A DNA stretch of 64,000 nt from Candidatus Moranbacteria bacterium RIFOXYA12_FULL_35_19 (GCA_001784805.1 MFSE01000021.1:4241-68240); one strand, 5' to 3'. Counted from the stretch's first letter, positions 29,353 to 37,523 are shown. The notes: generated from the sequence alone by a model not told the origin. Numbers and translations: made by a program.

Positions 29353-31299
29353 ATGGAAAACCCCAATTTTCTCAAACAAAAATTCAATCTTCACAATGCT
29401 AAAGAAGTCAAGGCGGCGGCTAAGCACCCTGATGAAAAAATTCCCAACAATCCAGATGACCAAATCCAAAATTATCTGAATCGTTTGGAAAACTTAGTCA
29501 TCGATTCGGAAAAGAAACAAAAAAGAAAAATGCTTGACGGAGAGCAACGCCCACGAGCTCTTTTTCTTCTGCGAGAAATGCTCCTGAATAAATATGTAAG
29601 ACAAAATAAAGAAAAAATGGCGGAGGGTGCCGTTAGAGTGGAAGAGCGAGCGGCCAGAGAATTGGGAATTGACGCGCATTATGGCGAAGATGAAATTGAA
29701 CAAAGAGGCAATATTGCAGTTAGTGATTTGGAAAAATCATTAGATAATTGGATAACTTATCTCACTGATGCTAACGAATCATATCCGACTTGGTTTCGTT
29801 ACTATGCTTTTCGTAGCATTTTAGGTCTTGGCGATTATGATAAAGACAAAGGAGAATTCCCTAATCGTTCTCAAGGTACAGCTAAACTTTTTCCTGATAT
29901 TGATCGAGGAGCTTTGGCTTACATCCGAGATATCATTGAAGCGGAAAAAGATCCAATAATTTTGGAAAGACTAAAAAAAGCCCAACAAGCTAATCAAACT
30001 CCCGAAGATCAACAAATCACCAAGGAAAAAGCTGAAAAATTTGCCAAACTTTCTTTTGCCAAGCAATATAAAGAAGGAATCAAGCAAGCTGGCGAAATTA
30101 CTCCCGAAATGCGAGAGATTACCGAAGGCAAGTGGGTGAAATATCAAAAAGATACTGATCCCACCGCTCTTTGGGTAAGCTTGCAAAACAAAGGTACAGC
30201 TTGGTGCACGAAAGGTTTTGCCACTGCCGAAACTCAACTGCAAGGCGGAGATTTTTATGTTTATTACACTCTCGACAAACAAGGCAAACCAACTATTCCG
30301 AGAATTGCCATCAGAATGCAAGACAATCAAATTTTTGAAACTCGTGGTGTTTCTGATAATCAACAAAATCTTGAAAGCAATATGATTGACATTGCCGAAA
30401 AGAAAATGGATGAACTTCCTGGTAAAGAAAAATACAAAAAAACTTCTGCTGATATGAAACAACTGACTGAAATTGAAAAGAAAACCAAATCTAATCAAGA
30501 ATTAACCAAGGAAGAATTAGTTTTTCTTTATGAAATAGATGATAAAATTCAAGGTTTTGGATATAATGAAGACCCAAGAATAAAAGAGATTAGGGAGCAA
30601 AGAAAACCAAATATCCAAAAAGACGCATCAATCATTCTTGAATGTGAATCCAATCAAATCGCCAATAAACCAGAAGACATCAATGAAAATACCAAGGCAT
30701 ATATTGGAGAACTAAAATCAGAAATTTTCGAATCAATTCAAAAATATAACATTGAAAATATTTATACCTCATTTCCTGAAGGTAAAATAGAAAAATTTGA
30801 GATGGAACTAGGAGGAAGAACAAAACCAGAAATTGAAAGTGAATTGGAAAAAAGAAAAAAAGCAGAGGGAGATGAAAAAATATACACTTCTGATTATGCT
30901 GAAAGTATGCTAAAAAAACCAGAATTTTTTGTGCAAGAAAAAAAAGAACAATCCAGTTTCGTTAAAATAAAAGTAGGAGATCTCGGTTTTCCTAATGGAG
31001 CAACTGTGCAAGAAATTTATGAAAAAGCCGAAAAACTAGGCTTGGAACTGTGTCCACCAGAAACAGGACCAACAATCAGATTGGATTATGAGAAAATTTT
31101 TCAAAAAGAACAACCAAGAAGAGAATATTTTTGGATTGCGATGAAACAAATAGCCGGCTCTGACGGCTATCCGAGCGTGTTCCGTGTGGGTCGCGGCGAT
31201 GGCGGCGAGTCGTGGCTGGGTGACCGTTGGGCGCGGCCTGACGGCGAGTGGGGTGCTGGCATTGGGGTTGTCTTTCGCCTCCGCAAATTTGAAACTTAA
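29353..31299 (+). CDS. DGR target protein, 648 aa, with a C-terminal variable (probably CLec-like) domain
   Basis: C-terminal 44-codon segment matches the TR; LGLELCP...WL...W...W..VVFRLRK pattern; no signal peptide or TM seen. Confidence 0.92.
   Translation: MENPNFLKQKFNLHNAKEVKAAAKHPDEKIPNNPDDQIQNYLNRLENLVIDSEKKQKRKMLDGEQRPRALFLLREMLLNKYVRQNKEKMAEGAVRVEERAARELGIDAHYGEDEIEQRGNIAVSDLEKSLDNWITYLTDANESYPTWFRYYAFRSILGLGDYDKDKGEFPNRSQGTAKLFPDIDRGALAYIRDIIEAEKDPIILERLKKAQQANQTPEDQQITKEKAEKFAKLSFAKQYKEGIKQAGEITPEMREITEGKWVKYQKDTDPTALWVSLQNKGTAWCTKGFATAETQLQGGDFYVYYTLDKQGKPTIPRIAIRMQDNQIFETRGVSDNQQNLESNMIDIAEKKMDELPGKEKYKKTSADMKQLTEIEKKTKSNQELTKEELVFLYEIDDKIQGFGYNEDPRIKEIREQRKPNIQKDASIILECESNQIANKPEDINENTKAYIGELKSEIFESIQKYNIENIYTSFPEGKIEKFEMELGGRTKPEIESELEKRKKAEGDEKIYTSDYAESMLKKPEFFVQEKKEQSSFVKIKVGDLGFPNGATVQEIYEKAEKLGLELCPPETGPTIRLDYEKIFQKEQPRREYFWIAMKQIAGSDGYPSVFRVGRGDGGESWLGDRWARPDGEWGAGIGVVFRLRKFET
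31153..31284 (+). repeat. DGR variable repeat (VR)
   Basis: 132-nt ungapped match to 31628-31759 with 27 mismatches, all opposite TR adenines. Confidence 0.96.
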
Positions 31300-31315
31300 A
31301 TTTTTTGAATTTTTG

Positions 31316-31333
31316 ATCCGCCAGTTGGCGGAT
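31316..31333 (+). promoter_or_regulatory. GC-rich hairpin downstream of the VR (candidate target-recognition cruciform)
   Basis: ATCCGCCA-GT-TGGCGGAT, 31 nt after the VR end. Confidence 0.6.
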
Positions 31334-31627
31334 TGAAACTTTGAAACTTTATTACTTTGACACTTTCTTTCGCGCGAATTTTTTGGTATCATTAATTTGG
31401 ATTGGTTGCATCGAACGGTTACGACTTTTCGAGACCTTTCTCGCAAGCGCAAATTGAGAGCGCGGACGGTCAAGACTTTCCGCGGAGGATTTGCGTCAAG
31501 TTTTCTAAAAAGAAAAAATTTGGTGTGCTGTGCTGGTGGATTTTAGATTCCAAATAAAATACAGCGTTGCTCCTTTTGCCAAATAGCGAATTGAGTAGGC
31601 AGTGGAATAGATGGCATGGCATACAAA

Positions 31628-31759
31628 ACCGACTCTGACGGCTATCCGAACGTGTTCAATGTGAATCGCAACGATGACGGCAAGTCGTGGCTGAATGACA
31701 ATTGGGCGAAGCCTGACAACAAGTGGAATGCTGACAATGAGATTGTCTTTCGCCTCCGA
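31628..31759 (+). ncRNA. DGR template repeat (TR)
   Basis: AAC/AAT/AAG-rich copy of the VR with 36 adenines; conserved 3' GTCTTTCGCCTCCG block, then divergence (IMH/IMH*-like). Confidence 0.95.
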
Positions 31760-31778
31760 AAGTATTTTCTTTTCCGCA

Positions 31779-32129
31779 TTATTCAAAAGTGCGGTTTTTC
31801 TTTGGCGAATTTTCCAGTTTATTTTTCCAGCCCCATAACATCCTGCCAACTTCTTCAAGTTTGAGTGCAATTTCTTCGTATTGTTTATGAGAAATCAGTT
31901 TTGCGTCCCATGCTACGGAAATGATGAACTTAAGTTTGTCCAAAAGGAAAATACATTCAGAAATTTTTTCAATCTTTTCTTCTTTTTTGGAAAAATAAGT
32001 GATATAGCCAAGTTCTAATAAATCAAGAAGTTTATTTTCAATTCTTGCGCCGATGGTGTAGCGCGCATTTTTCTGTATATGAGGAACAATATTAATCCAA
32101 ATCAAATATCCCTCTTTGATTCTTTGCAA
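31779..32129 (-). CDS. avd: Avd-like accessory variability determinant (four-helix bundle); probable true ATG at 32178 is out of frame across the (TC)n tract
   Basis: RYTIGARIEN...LDKLKFII...YEEIALKLEEVGRMLWGW resembles bAvd-family helices; lies between TR and RT. Confidence 0.85.
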   Translation of the reverse strand: MQRIKEGYLIWINIVPHIQKNARYTIGARIENKLLDLLELGYITYFSKKEEKIEKISECIFLLDKLKFIISVAWDAKLISHKQYEEIALKLEEVGRMLWGWKNKLENSPKKNRTFE

Positions 32130-33192
32130 AATCGAAGCATTATTCGAGAGAGAGAGAGAGAGTAAAAGGCTTTTCCATATTTATGATGATATCATCTCTT
32201 TTGAAAATTTGCTAATTTCGTGGCAAGAATTTTTGTGTGGAAAAAGAAAACGTAAAGATGTGGCAGAATTTTCTTTGAATTTTATGGACAATATTTTCGC
32301 GCTTCATAAAGAACTCAAAGAAAGAACTTATCAACACGGTGGATATCAAGCTTTCAAAATTAGCGATCCAAAACCGAGAGATATTCATAAGGCCAGTGTT
32401 CGTGATCGACTAGTACATCACGCTATTTATCGGATTGTATACCCATATTTTGAGGAGAAATTCATTTTTGATTCTTATTCTTGCCGAATCAAAAAAGGCA
32501 CGCATAAAGCGATAAATCGTTTTCGATATTTTAGCCTAAAAGTTTCAAAAAATAATACTCAAACTTGTTGGATTTTGAAATGCGACATCAGAAAATTTTT
32601 CGCCAATATTGATCACCAAGTTCTCAAAAATATTTTAGCCAAAAATATCGTGGATGAAAATGTTTTATGGCTTATGACGCAAGTTATTGATAGTTTTACC
32701 TCGCCCCAGCCCTCTCCTTGTAAAGGAGAGGGGATTAAAGGTCTTCCGCTGGGCAATTTAACTAGCCAGCTTCTGGTGAATATTTATATGAATGAATTTG
32801 ATCAATATGCGAAAAGAGAATTAAAAACGAAATATTATATCCGCTACGCTGATGACTTTGTGATTTTTCACGAAAACAAAAATTATTTAGAAGATCTTAT
32901 CTCTGAAATTTCTAAATTTTTGGAAAATAAACTCAAACTTTCTCTCCATCCGGATAAAGTTAGCATAAATACGCTATCTTCGGGCGTTGATTTTCTTGGC
33001 TGGGTGAATTTTTCGAAACATAGAATTTTACGGACAAGCACAAAAAGAAGGATGATAAAAAAAATTAAGAAAAATACCACGCCAGAAGCAGTTGCTTCTT
33101 ATTTGGGTTTACTTTTGCATGGAAATACATATAAATTGGCAAATAAAATAACAAAGCTCTATTTTGAAAAGAAGAAGATTTCCAATATTTGA
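32116..33192 (+). CDS. DGR reverse transcriptase; probable true ATG at 32079 is out of frame across the (GA)n tract
   Basis: KPRDI, RDRLVHHA, SYSCRIKKGTHKA, LKCDIRKFF, GLPLGNLTSQ (DGR-type SQ), RYADDF, GVDFLGW. Confidence 0.96.
   Translation: MILCKIEALFERERESKRLFHIYDDIISFENLLISWQEFLCGKRKRKDVAEFSLNFMDNIFALHKELKERTYQHGGYQAFKISDPKPRDIHKASVRDRLVHHAIYRIVYPYFEEKFIFDSYSCRIKKGTHKAINRFRYFSLKVSKNNTQTCWILKCDIRKFFANIDHQVLKNILAKNIVDENVLWLMTQVIDSFTSPQPSPCKGEGIKGLPLGNLTSQLLVNIYMNEFDQYAKRELKTKYYIRYADDFVIFHENKNYLEDLISEISKFLENKLKLSLHPDKVSINTLSSGVDFLGWVNFSKHRILRTSTKRRMIKKIKKNTTPEAVASYLGLLLHGNTYKLANKITKLYFEKKKISNI
32146..32162. repeat. G(AG)8 dinucleotide simple-sequence repeat shared by the RT and avd 5' ends
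   Basis: TTC-GAGAGAGAGAGAGAGAG-TAAAAGG; the only long dinucleotide run I noticed in the window. Confidence 0.95.
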
Positions 33193-33265
33193 AAAAAATG
33201 GTATAATATCTATAAGAGTTGAAGAAATATAAAATAAAATTATTAAAATTTTTGTGAGGTCTTAT

Positions 33266-33318
33266 CCCTCTCTGTCTCGATGAGTACATTGAGACATCTC
33301 TCCCTAAGGGAGAGAAGG
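33266..33318. repeat. CCCTCTC...GGGAGAG REP-like palindrome
   Basis: Related to in-frame copies in miaA (45881-45927), dnaE (57644-57695) and the RT (32710-32732). Confidence 0.7.
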
Positions 33319-33332
33319 ATAATAGAAAATCT

Positions 33333-34904
33333 ATGTACGACATTTTAATTAAAAACGGAAAGATAATTGATGGCACGGGGAAGCTGGGGTTTTTTGCAGA
33401 TGTTGCGATCAAAGAAGATAAGATTATAAAGATTGGCGAATTGCATAATGAAAAGGGAGAAATTGAAATTGATGCCATGGGAAAAATTGTTTGTCCGGGG
33501 TTTGTGGATGTGAATAATCATAGCGATACTTTTTGGCAGATATTTTTGAATCCTGATTTGGAAAGTCTGGCCTATCAAGGCATTACCACGATTATCGGCG
33601 GAGCCTGCGGATCTTCGCTGGCACCACTCGCAACTCCTCTGACCATTGAATCAATTCAAAAATGGGTAGATCTTAGAAATATAAATTTTAGCTGGTTGTC
33701 CATGAAAGAATTTCTAAAAATAATGGAGGTTAAAAAAATATCAGTTAATTTTGCAACATTAGTGGGTCATGAAAATTTACGGCGAGGGATATTGAAAAAC
33801 GAATTGCGTTCGCTTAATCCAAAAGAAATAAAATTTATTGAAAAAACATTTCAGGATTCTTTGCAGGCAGGTGCGCTCGGACTTTCTACGGGTCTTGTTT
33901 ACACTCATGCTCGACTAGCGACAAGTGAGGAGCTGATGAATCTCGCTAATATTGTTAAAAAATATGACGGAGTTTATGTAACGCATATTCGCGATGAAGC
34001 CAGAGAAGTTATTGAATCGGTCGAAGAGGCGATTAAAATTGGCCGAGAAGTCAAGATGAAACTACATATCGCTCATCTCAAGATAATGGGAAAAGAGAAT
34101 TGGAAAAAAATGAATGAAGTTTTGGAACATATTTCCTTAGCTAAAAAATCTGGAATAGATATCTCTTTTGATGTGTATCCTTATACCAATACCGGTTCGG
34201 TATTGTATGCAATGCTTCCAAGTTGGGTAGCGGAAGGCGGGAGAAAAATAATGCTTCATCGTCTAAAAGACCCAGCTATTCGGATAAAAGTTATAACAGA
34301 AATGAAAAAATCCGGTTTTGAATATGAAAAAATTGAAATTGCATCCAGCCTGATGGATAAAACTTTGACAAGCCGAAAAATAACGGAAATTGCAATTTCG
34401 CAAAATAAAACAGTGGAAGAAGCGATTATTGATGTTTTAATTGCTTCAGAAGGTCGAGTAATAACTTCCATGGAAATTTTAAGTGAAGAAAATGTGAGAA
34501 TGGCAATTGCTCATCCGCTTTCAATGATTGCGTCCAACGGAGCTGGGTACAGCTTGAATCATGCAAAAACTGGAGAGCTGGTTCATCCAAGATCATTTGG
34601 CACATACATCAAAGTTTTGGAAAAATATGTTTTAGAGGAAAAAATAATTTCTTTTGAAGAAGCTATTCGAAAAATGACCTCGTTTCCGGCAGAAAAATTT
34701 GGAGTTGTCAAAAGAGGAAAACTGGCAAAAGGATTTTTCGCTGATGTTTTAGTTTTAGATAAAAATAAAATTTCTGCTCCAGCCGATAAGGAACGACCAT
34801 ACCAATATTCACAAGGAGTTGATTATTCTTTGGTAAATGGTAAAATGGTTATTCAGGAAGGGAAATATATGGGGATGAGGAATGGGAAAGTAATAAGGCG
34901 GTAA
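33333..34904 (+). CDS. N-acyl-D-amino-acid deacylase family amidohydrolase
   Basis: LIKNGKIIDGTG, PGFVD..HSD, LSTGLVY, THIRDE, HPRSFGT, AIRKMTSFPA. Confidence 0.88.
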   Translation: MYDILIKNGKIIDGTGKLGFFADVAIKEDKIIKIGELHNEKGEIEIDAMGKIVCPGFVDVNNHSDTFWQIFLNPDLESLAYQGITTIIGGACGSSLAPLATPLTIESIQKWVDLRNINFSWLSMKEFLKIMEVKKISVNFATLVGHENLRRGILKNELRSLNPKEIKFIEKTFQDSLQAGALGLSTGLVYTHARLATSEELMNLANIVKKYDGVYVTHIRDEAREVIESVEEAIKIGREVKMKLHIAHLKIMGKENWKKMNEVLEHISLAKKSGIDISFDVYPYTNTGSVLYAMLPSWVAEGGRKIMLHRLKDPAIRIKVITEMKKSGFEYEKIEIASSLMDKTLTSRKITEIAISQNKTVEEAIIDVLIASEGRVITSMEILSEENVRMAIAHPLSMIASNGAGYSLNHAKTGELVHPRSFGTYIKVLEKYVLEEKIISFEEAIRKMTSFPAEKFGVVKRGKLAKGFFADVLVLDKNKISAPADKERPYQYSQGVDYSLVNGKMVIQEGKYMGMRNGKVIRR

Positions 34905-35039
34905 AGAAAATTTTTAATTTGAAATTTTGTAATTTTTAGTTAATTTGAAATTTTTAATATTAAAAATTCATTAAAAATTTCTAATTAAAAACTAAAAATT
35001 AAATAACAGTAACTTAATTTAATGGAAAATATATAGGAA

Positions 35040-36437
35040 ATGGATATCATTGATCTAAAAAACAAGCGAATTACAGTTATGGGTTTGGGTCTTCATGGAG
35101 GCGGTGTGGGAACCGTCCGTTTTTTATTTGAAGTGGGAGCGAAAATTACGGTAACGGATTTGAAATCCAAGGAAGAATTAGCCTCTTCGCTTGAGAAATT
35201 AAAAGATTTGAAAAATATTTCTTATGTTTTTCAACAACATCGTCCGGAAGATTTTCTTAGTGCTGATATGGTAATAAAAAATCCAAGTGCGCCATGGAAC
35301 AATAAGCAAATAAAGTTGGCGTTGGAAAATAAAATTCCAGTGGAAATTGATTCCAGTCTTTTTTTCAAATTATGTAAAAATCCAATAATCGGTGTTACGG
35401 GCACCAAGGGAAAAACAACTACCGCCACTTTGATTTATGAAATTTTGCGTTTAGCCGGAAAAAATCCAATCAAAGTCGGCATTGGTCAAACTTCTGTATT
35501 GGATAAACTCAAAGAGCTTAAAAAAGATTCAGCTGTTGTTTTTGAGCTTTCCAGCTGGCGATTATCTGCTTTGGGAAAAAATAAAATTAGTCCAGAAACG
35601 GCGTTAATTACCAACATTTATCCAGATCATTTGAATTATTATAAATCAATGGATGAATATATTACGGATAAAAAAAATATTTTTCTTTATCAGAAAAATG
35701 AAAATAGTTGTGTGATAAATAATGATAATGAATTGATCAAAAAATTTGAAGGAGAGATAAAATCAAAATTGATTAAGTTTTCAAAAAATAAAATTTCAGA
35801 AGGCAGAGCGGTTTATCTGGACAAGGGTGTGATTTATTTCAATGACGGAATGGATGAAAAAAAGATTGTAGAGGTAAGCGAAATAAAAATAAAAGGCGAG
35901 CATAATTTGGAAAATATTATGGCCGCCTCGGCTGTTTCTTTGGCTATCGGAATAAAAATAGAAATAATTCAAAAAGCCATTAAAGAATTTTCTGGAATAG
36001 CACATCGGCTGGAATTGGTGCGAGAATTAGATGGAATAAAATATATAAATGATACGGCAGCAACCACTCCGGAAGCGGGAATTTCTGCGCTTAAATCTTT
36101 CTCGGAGCCAATAATTCTAATAGCTGGAGGTTCAGATAAAAATTTAGATATGACTGAATTTTCTAAAATTATTTGTAAGAAGGTAAAAGGCGTGGTTTTT
36201 TTGAAAGGTGTGGCGACGGAAAAAATAATTACAGAAATGAAAAAAAATGATAGTTGTCTAGATGCAGAAAATCTTAGAATAGTTGAATCAATGGAAAAAG
36301 CGGTGGAATTGGCAAGGTCGGTGGCGGAAAAAGGCGATATAATTTTGCTTTCTCCTGGTTCGGCCAGCTTTGGATTATTCATTAATGAATTTGATCGAGG
36401 GGATAAATTTAAGGAGGTGGTGGGAAAATTGAAATAA
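35040..36437 (+). CDS. murD: UDP-N-acetylmuramoyl-L-alanine--D-glutamate ligase
   Basis: GVTGTKGKTTT, ELSSW, DHLNYY, HRLE, INDTAATTP, LSPGSASFG. Confidence 0.95.
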   Translation: MDIIDLKNKRITVMGLGLHGGGVGTVRFLFEVGAKITVTDLKSKEELASSLEKLKDLKNISYVFQQHRPEDFLSADMVIKNPSAPWNNKQIKLALENKIPVEIDSSLFFKLCKNPIIGVTGTKGKTTTATLIYEILRLAGKNPIKVGIGQTSVLDKLKELKKDSAVVFELSSWRLSALGKNKISPETALITNIYPDHLNYYKSMDEYITDKKNIFLYQKNENSCVINNDNELIKKFEGEIKSKLIKFSKNKISEGRAVYLDKGVIYFNDGMDEKKIVEVSEIKIKGEHNLENIMAASAVSLAIGIKIEIIQKAIKEFSGIAHRLELVRELDGIKYINDTAATTPEAGISALKSFSEPIILIAGGSDKNLDMTEFSKIICKKVKGVVFLKGVATEKIITEMKKNDSCLDAENLRIVESMEKAVELARSVAEKGDIILLSPGSASFGLFINEFDRGDKFKEVVGKLK

Positions 36438-36466
36438 AAAAACTCCTATCCGGGAGTTTTTATTTG

Positions 36467-36540
36467 TGGGCGATTCAAGATTCGAACTTGAGACCTCGTC
36501 ATTATCAGTGACGCGCTCTAACCAACTGAGCTAATCGCCC
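36467..36540 (-). tRNA. tRNA-Ile(GAT)
   Basis: Reverse complement GGGCGATTAGCTCAGTTGGTTAGAGCGCGTCACT-GAT-AATGACGAGGTCTCAAGTTCGAATCTTGAATCGCCCA. Confidence 0.96.
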
Positions 36541-36590
36541 GCATGTGGACCCTATCCCGCTTTAAGCGGGATCACCCCTCAGATTTTATG

Positions 36591-36663
36591 TGGACCCTAT
36601 CGGGCTCGAACCGATCACCCCCTGCTTGCAAAGCAGGTGCTCTACCAAATGAGCTAAGGGCCC
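36591..36663 (-). tRNA. tRNA-Ala(TGC)
   Basis: Reverse complement GGGCCCTTAGCTCATTTGGTAGAGCACCTGCTT-TGC-AAGCAGGGGGTGATCGGTTCGAGCCCGATAGGGTCCA; G3:U70 pair present. Confidence 0.96.
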
Positions 36664-36781
36664 AAATTTTCAAAACTATATTTTATTGTAAAGCAAAAAA
36701 ACAGTATTGACAAGAGTATATACATAATATATAATCAAGTCAATAAAGAAAGCCCGGAGGGGCTTTTAAAAGACCCTAATT

Positions 36782-36967
36782 ATGAACAAGATATTAAATT
36801 TTTTGAAAGATGCCAAGGTGGAACTGACAAAAGTTAATTGGCCAACACGCAAAAAAACAATCAACTATACAATAATTGTAGTTGGTATTAGTTTGGCGGT
36901 GGCGGCGTTTTTAGGTGGACTGGATTATTTTTTTGGGTATTTACTTAAGATATTTATTTTAAAATAA
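36782..36967 (+). CDS. secE: preprotein translocase SecE
   Basis: ELTKVNWPT plus one TM; precedes nusG. Confidence 0.95.
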   Translation: MNKILNFLKDAKVELTKVNWPTRKKTINYTIIVVGISLAVAAFLGGLDYFFGYLLKIFILK

Positions 36968-36977
36968 TTATACAATT

Positions 36978-37523
36978 ATGGCAAAACAATCTCAACATCA
37001 TGGCCGAGCTTGGTATGTATTACATACTTACTCTGGCTATGAAGATAATGTATCAAGAAATTTGCGTCAAAGAATTGAATCAATGGATATGCAGGATTTA
37101 ATTTTTGATGTGATGGTGCCGATTGAAAAGAAAATTAAAATTAAAGCGGGAAAAAGAACAGTGGTAGAAGAAAAAATATACCCAGGGTATGTTTTGGTAG
37201 ATATGATAGTCACGGATGCTTCTTGGTATGTAGTTCGAAACACGCCAAATGTTACGGGTTTTATCGGACTAGGAACAACACCTACGCCTGTTGATCCGCG
37301 GGAAATTGAAACGCTCAAGAAAAGAATGGGTGTGGCGGAACCGAAATATAAAATTGATGTCAAATCAGGCGACTCGGTTAAGATTATTGATGGACCATTT
37401 AAGGAATTTGATGGCAAAGTGGATGAAGTCGATGAACAAAAAGGCCGAATCAAAGTGTTAGTTTCTATTTTCGGACGGGAAACGCCGGTCGAGTTGGACT
37501 TTTTGCAAATAAACAAGATATAA
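36978..37523 (+). CDS. nusG: transcription factor NusG
   Basis: WYVLHTYSGYE, PGYVLV, KOW motif, IFGRETPVEL. Confidence 0.98.
   Translation: MAKQSQHHGRAWYVLHTYSGYEDNVSRNLRQRIESMDMQDLIFDVMVPIEKKIKIKAGKRTVVEEKIYPGYVLVDMIVTDASWYVVRNTPNVTGFIGLGTTPTPVDPREIETLKKRMGVAEPKYKIDVKSGDSVKIIDGPFKEFDGKVDEVDEQKGRIKVLVSIFGRETPVELDFLQINKI

Larger units (their letters stand above)
29353..33192. mobile_element. diversity-generating retroelement: target/VR, hairpin, TR, antisense avd, RT
   Basis: Adenine-specific TR/VR divergence, RT with LGNLTSQ and YADD, Avd-like helix-bundle gene. Confidence 0.97.

Noticed and set aside
31616-31864. 82-aa ORF over the TR as a second target gene
   Set aside because: It is the template repeat read in the VR frame. 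It has no N-terminal domain and its tail is antisense to avd.
32116-33192. RT as a group II intron, retron or Abi RT
   Set aside because: It is short, has no maturase or endonuclease domain, carries the SQ motif, and has an adjacent TR/VR pair and Avd.
28459-33192. Prophage, suggested by the BRO-N gene plus DGR
   Set aside because: No integrase, terminase, capsid or tail genes; the flanks are housekeeping genes.
34905-35005. AT-rich AAATT/AATTT tract as a replication origin
   Set aside because: No DnaA-box cluster or dnaA nearby; more likely another degenerate inverted-repeat element.
36467-36663. rRNA operon spacer
   Set aside because: The Ile/Ala tRNAs are flanked by murD and secE, and no rRNA sequence is present.
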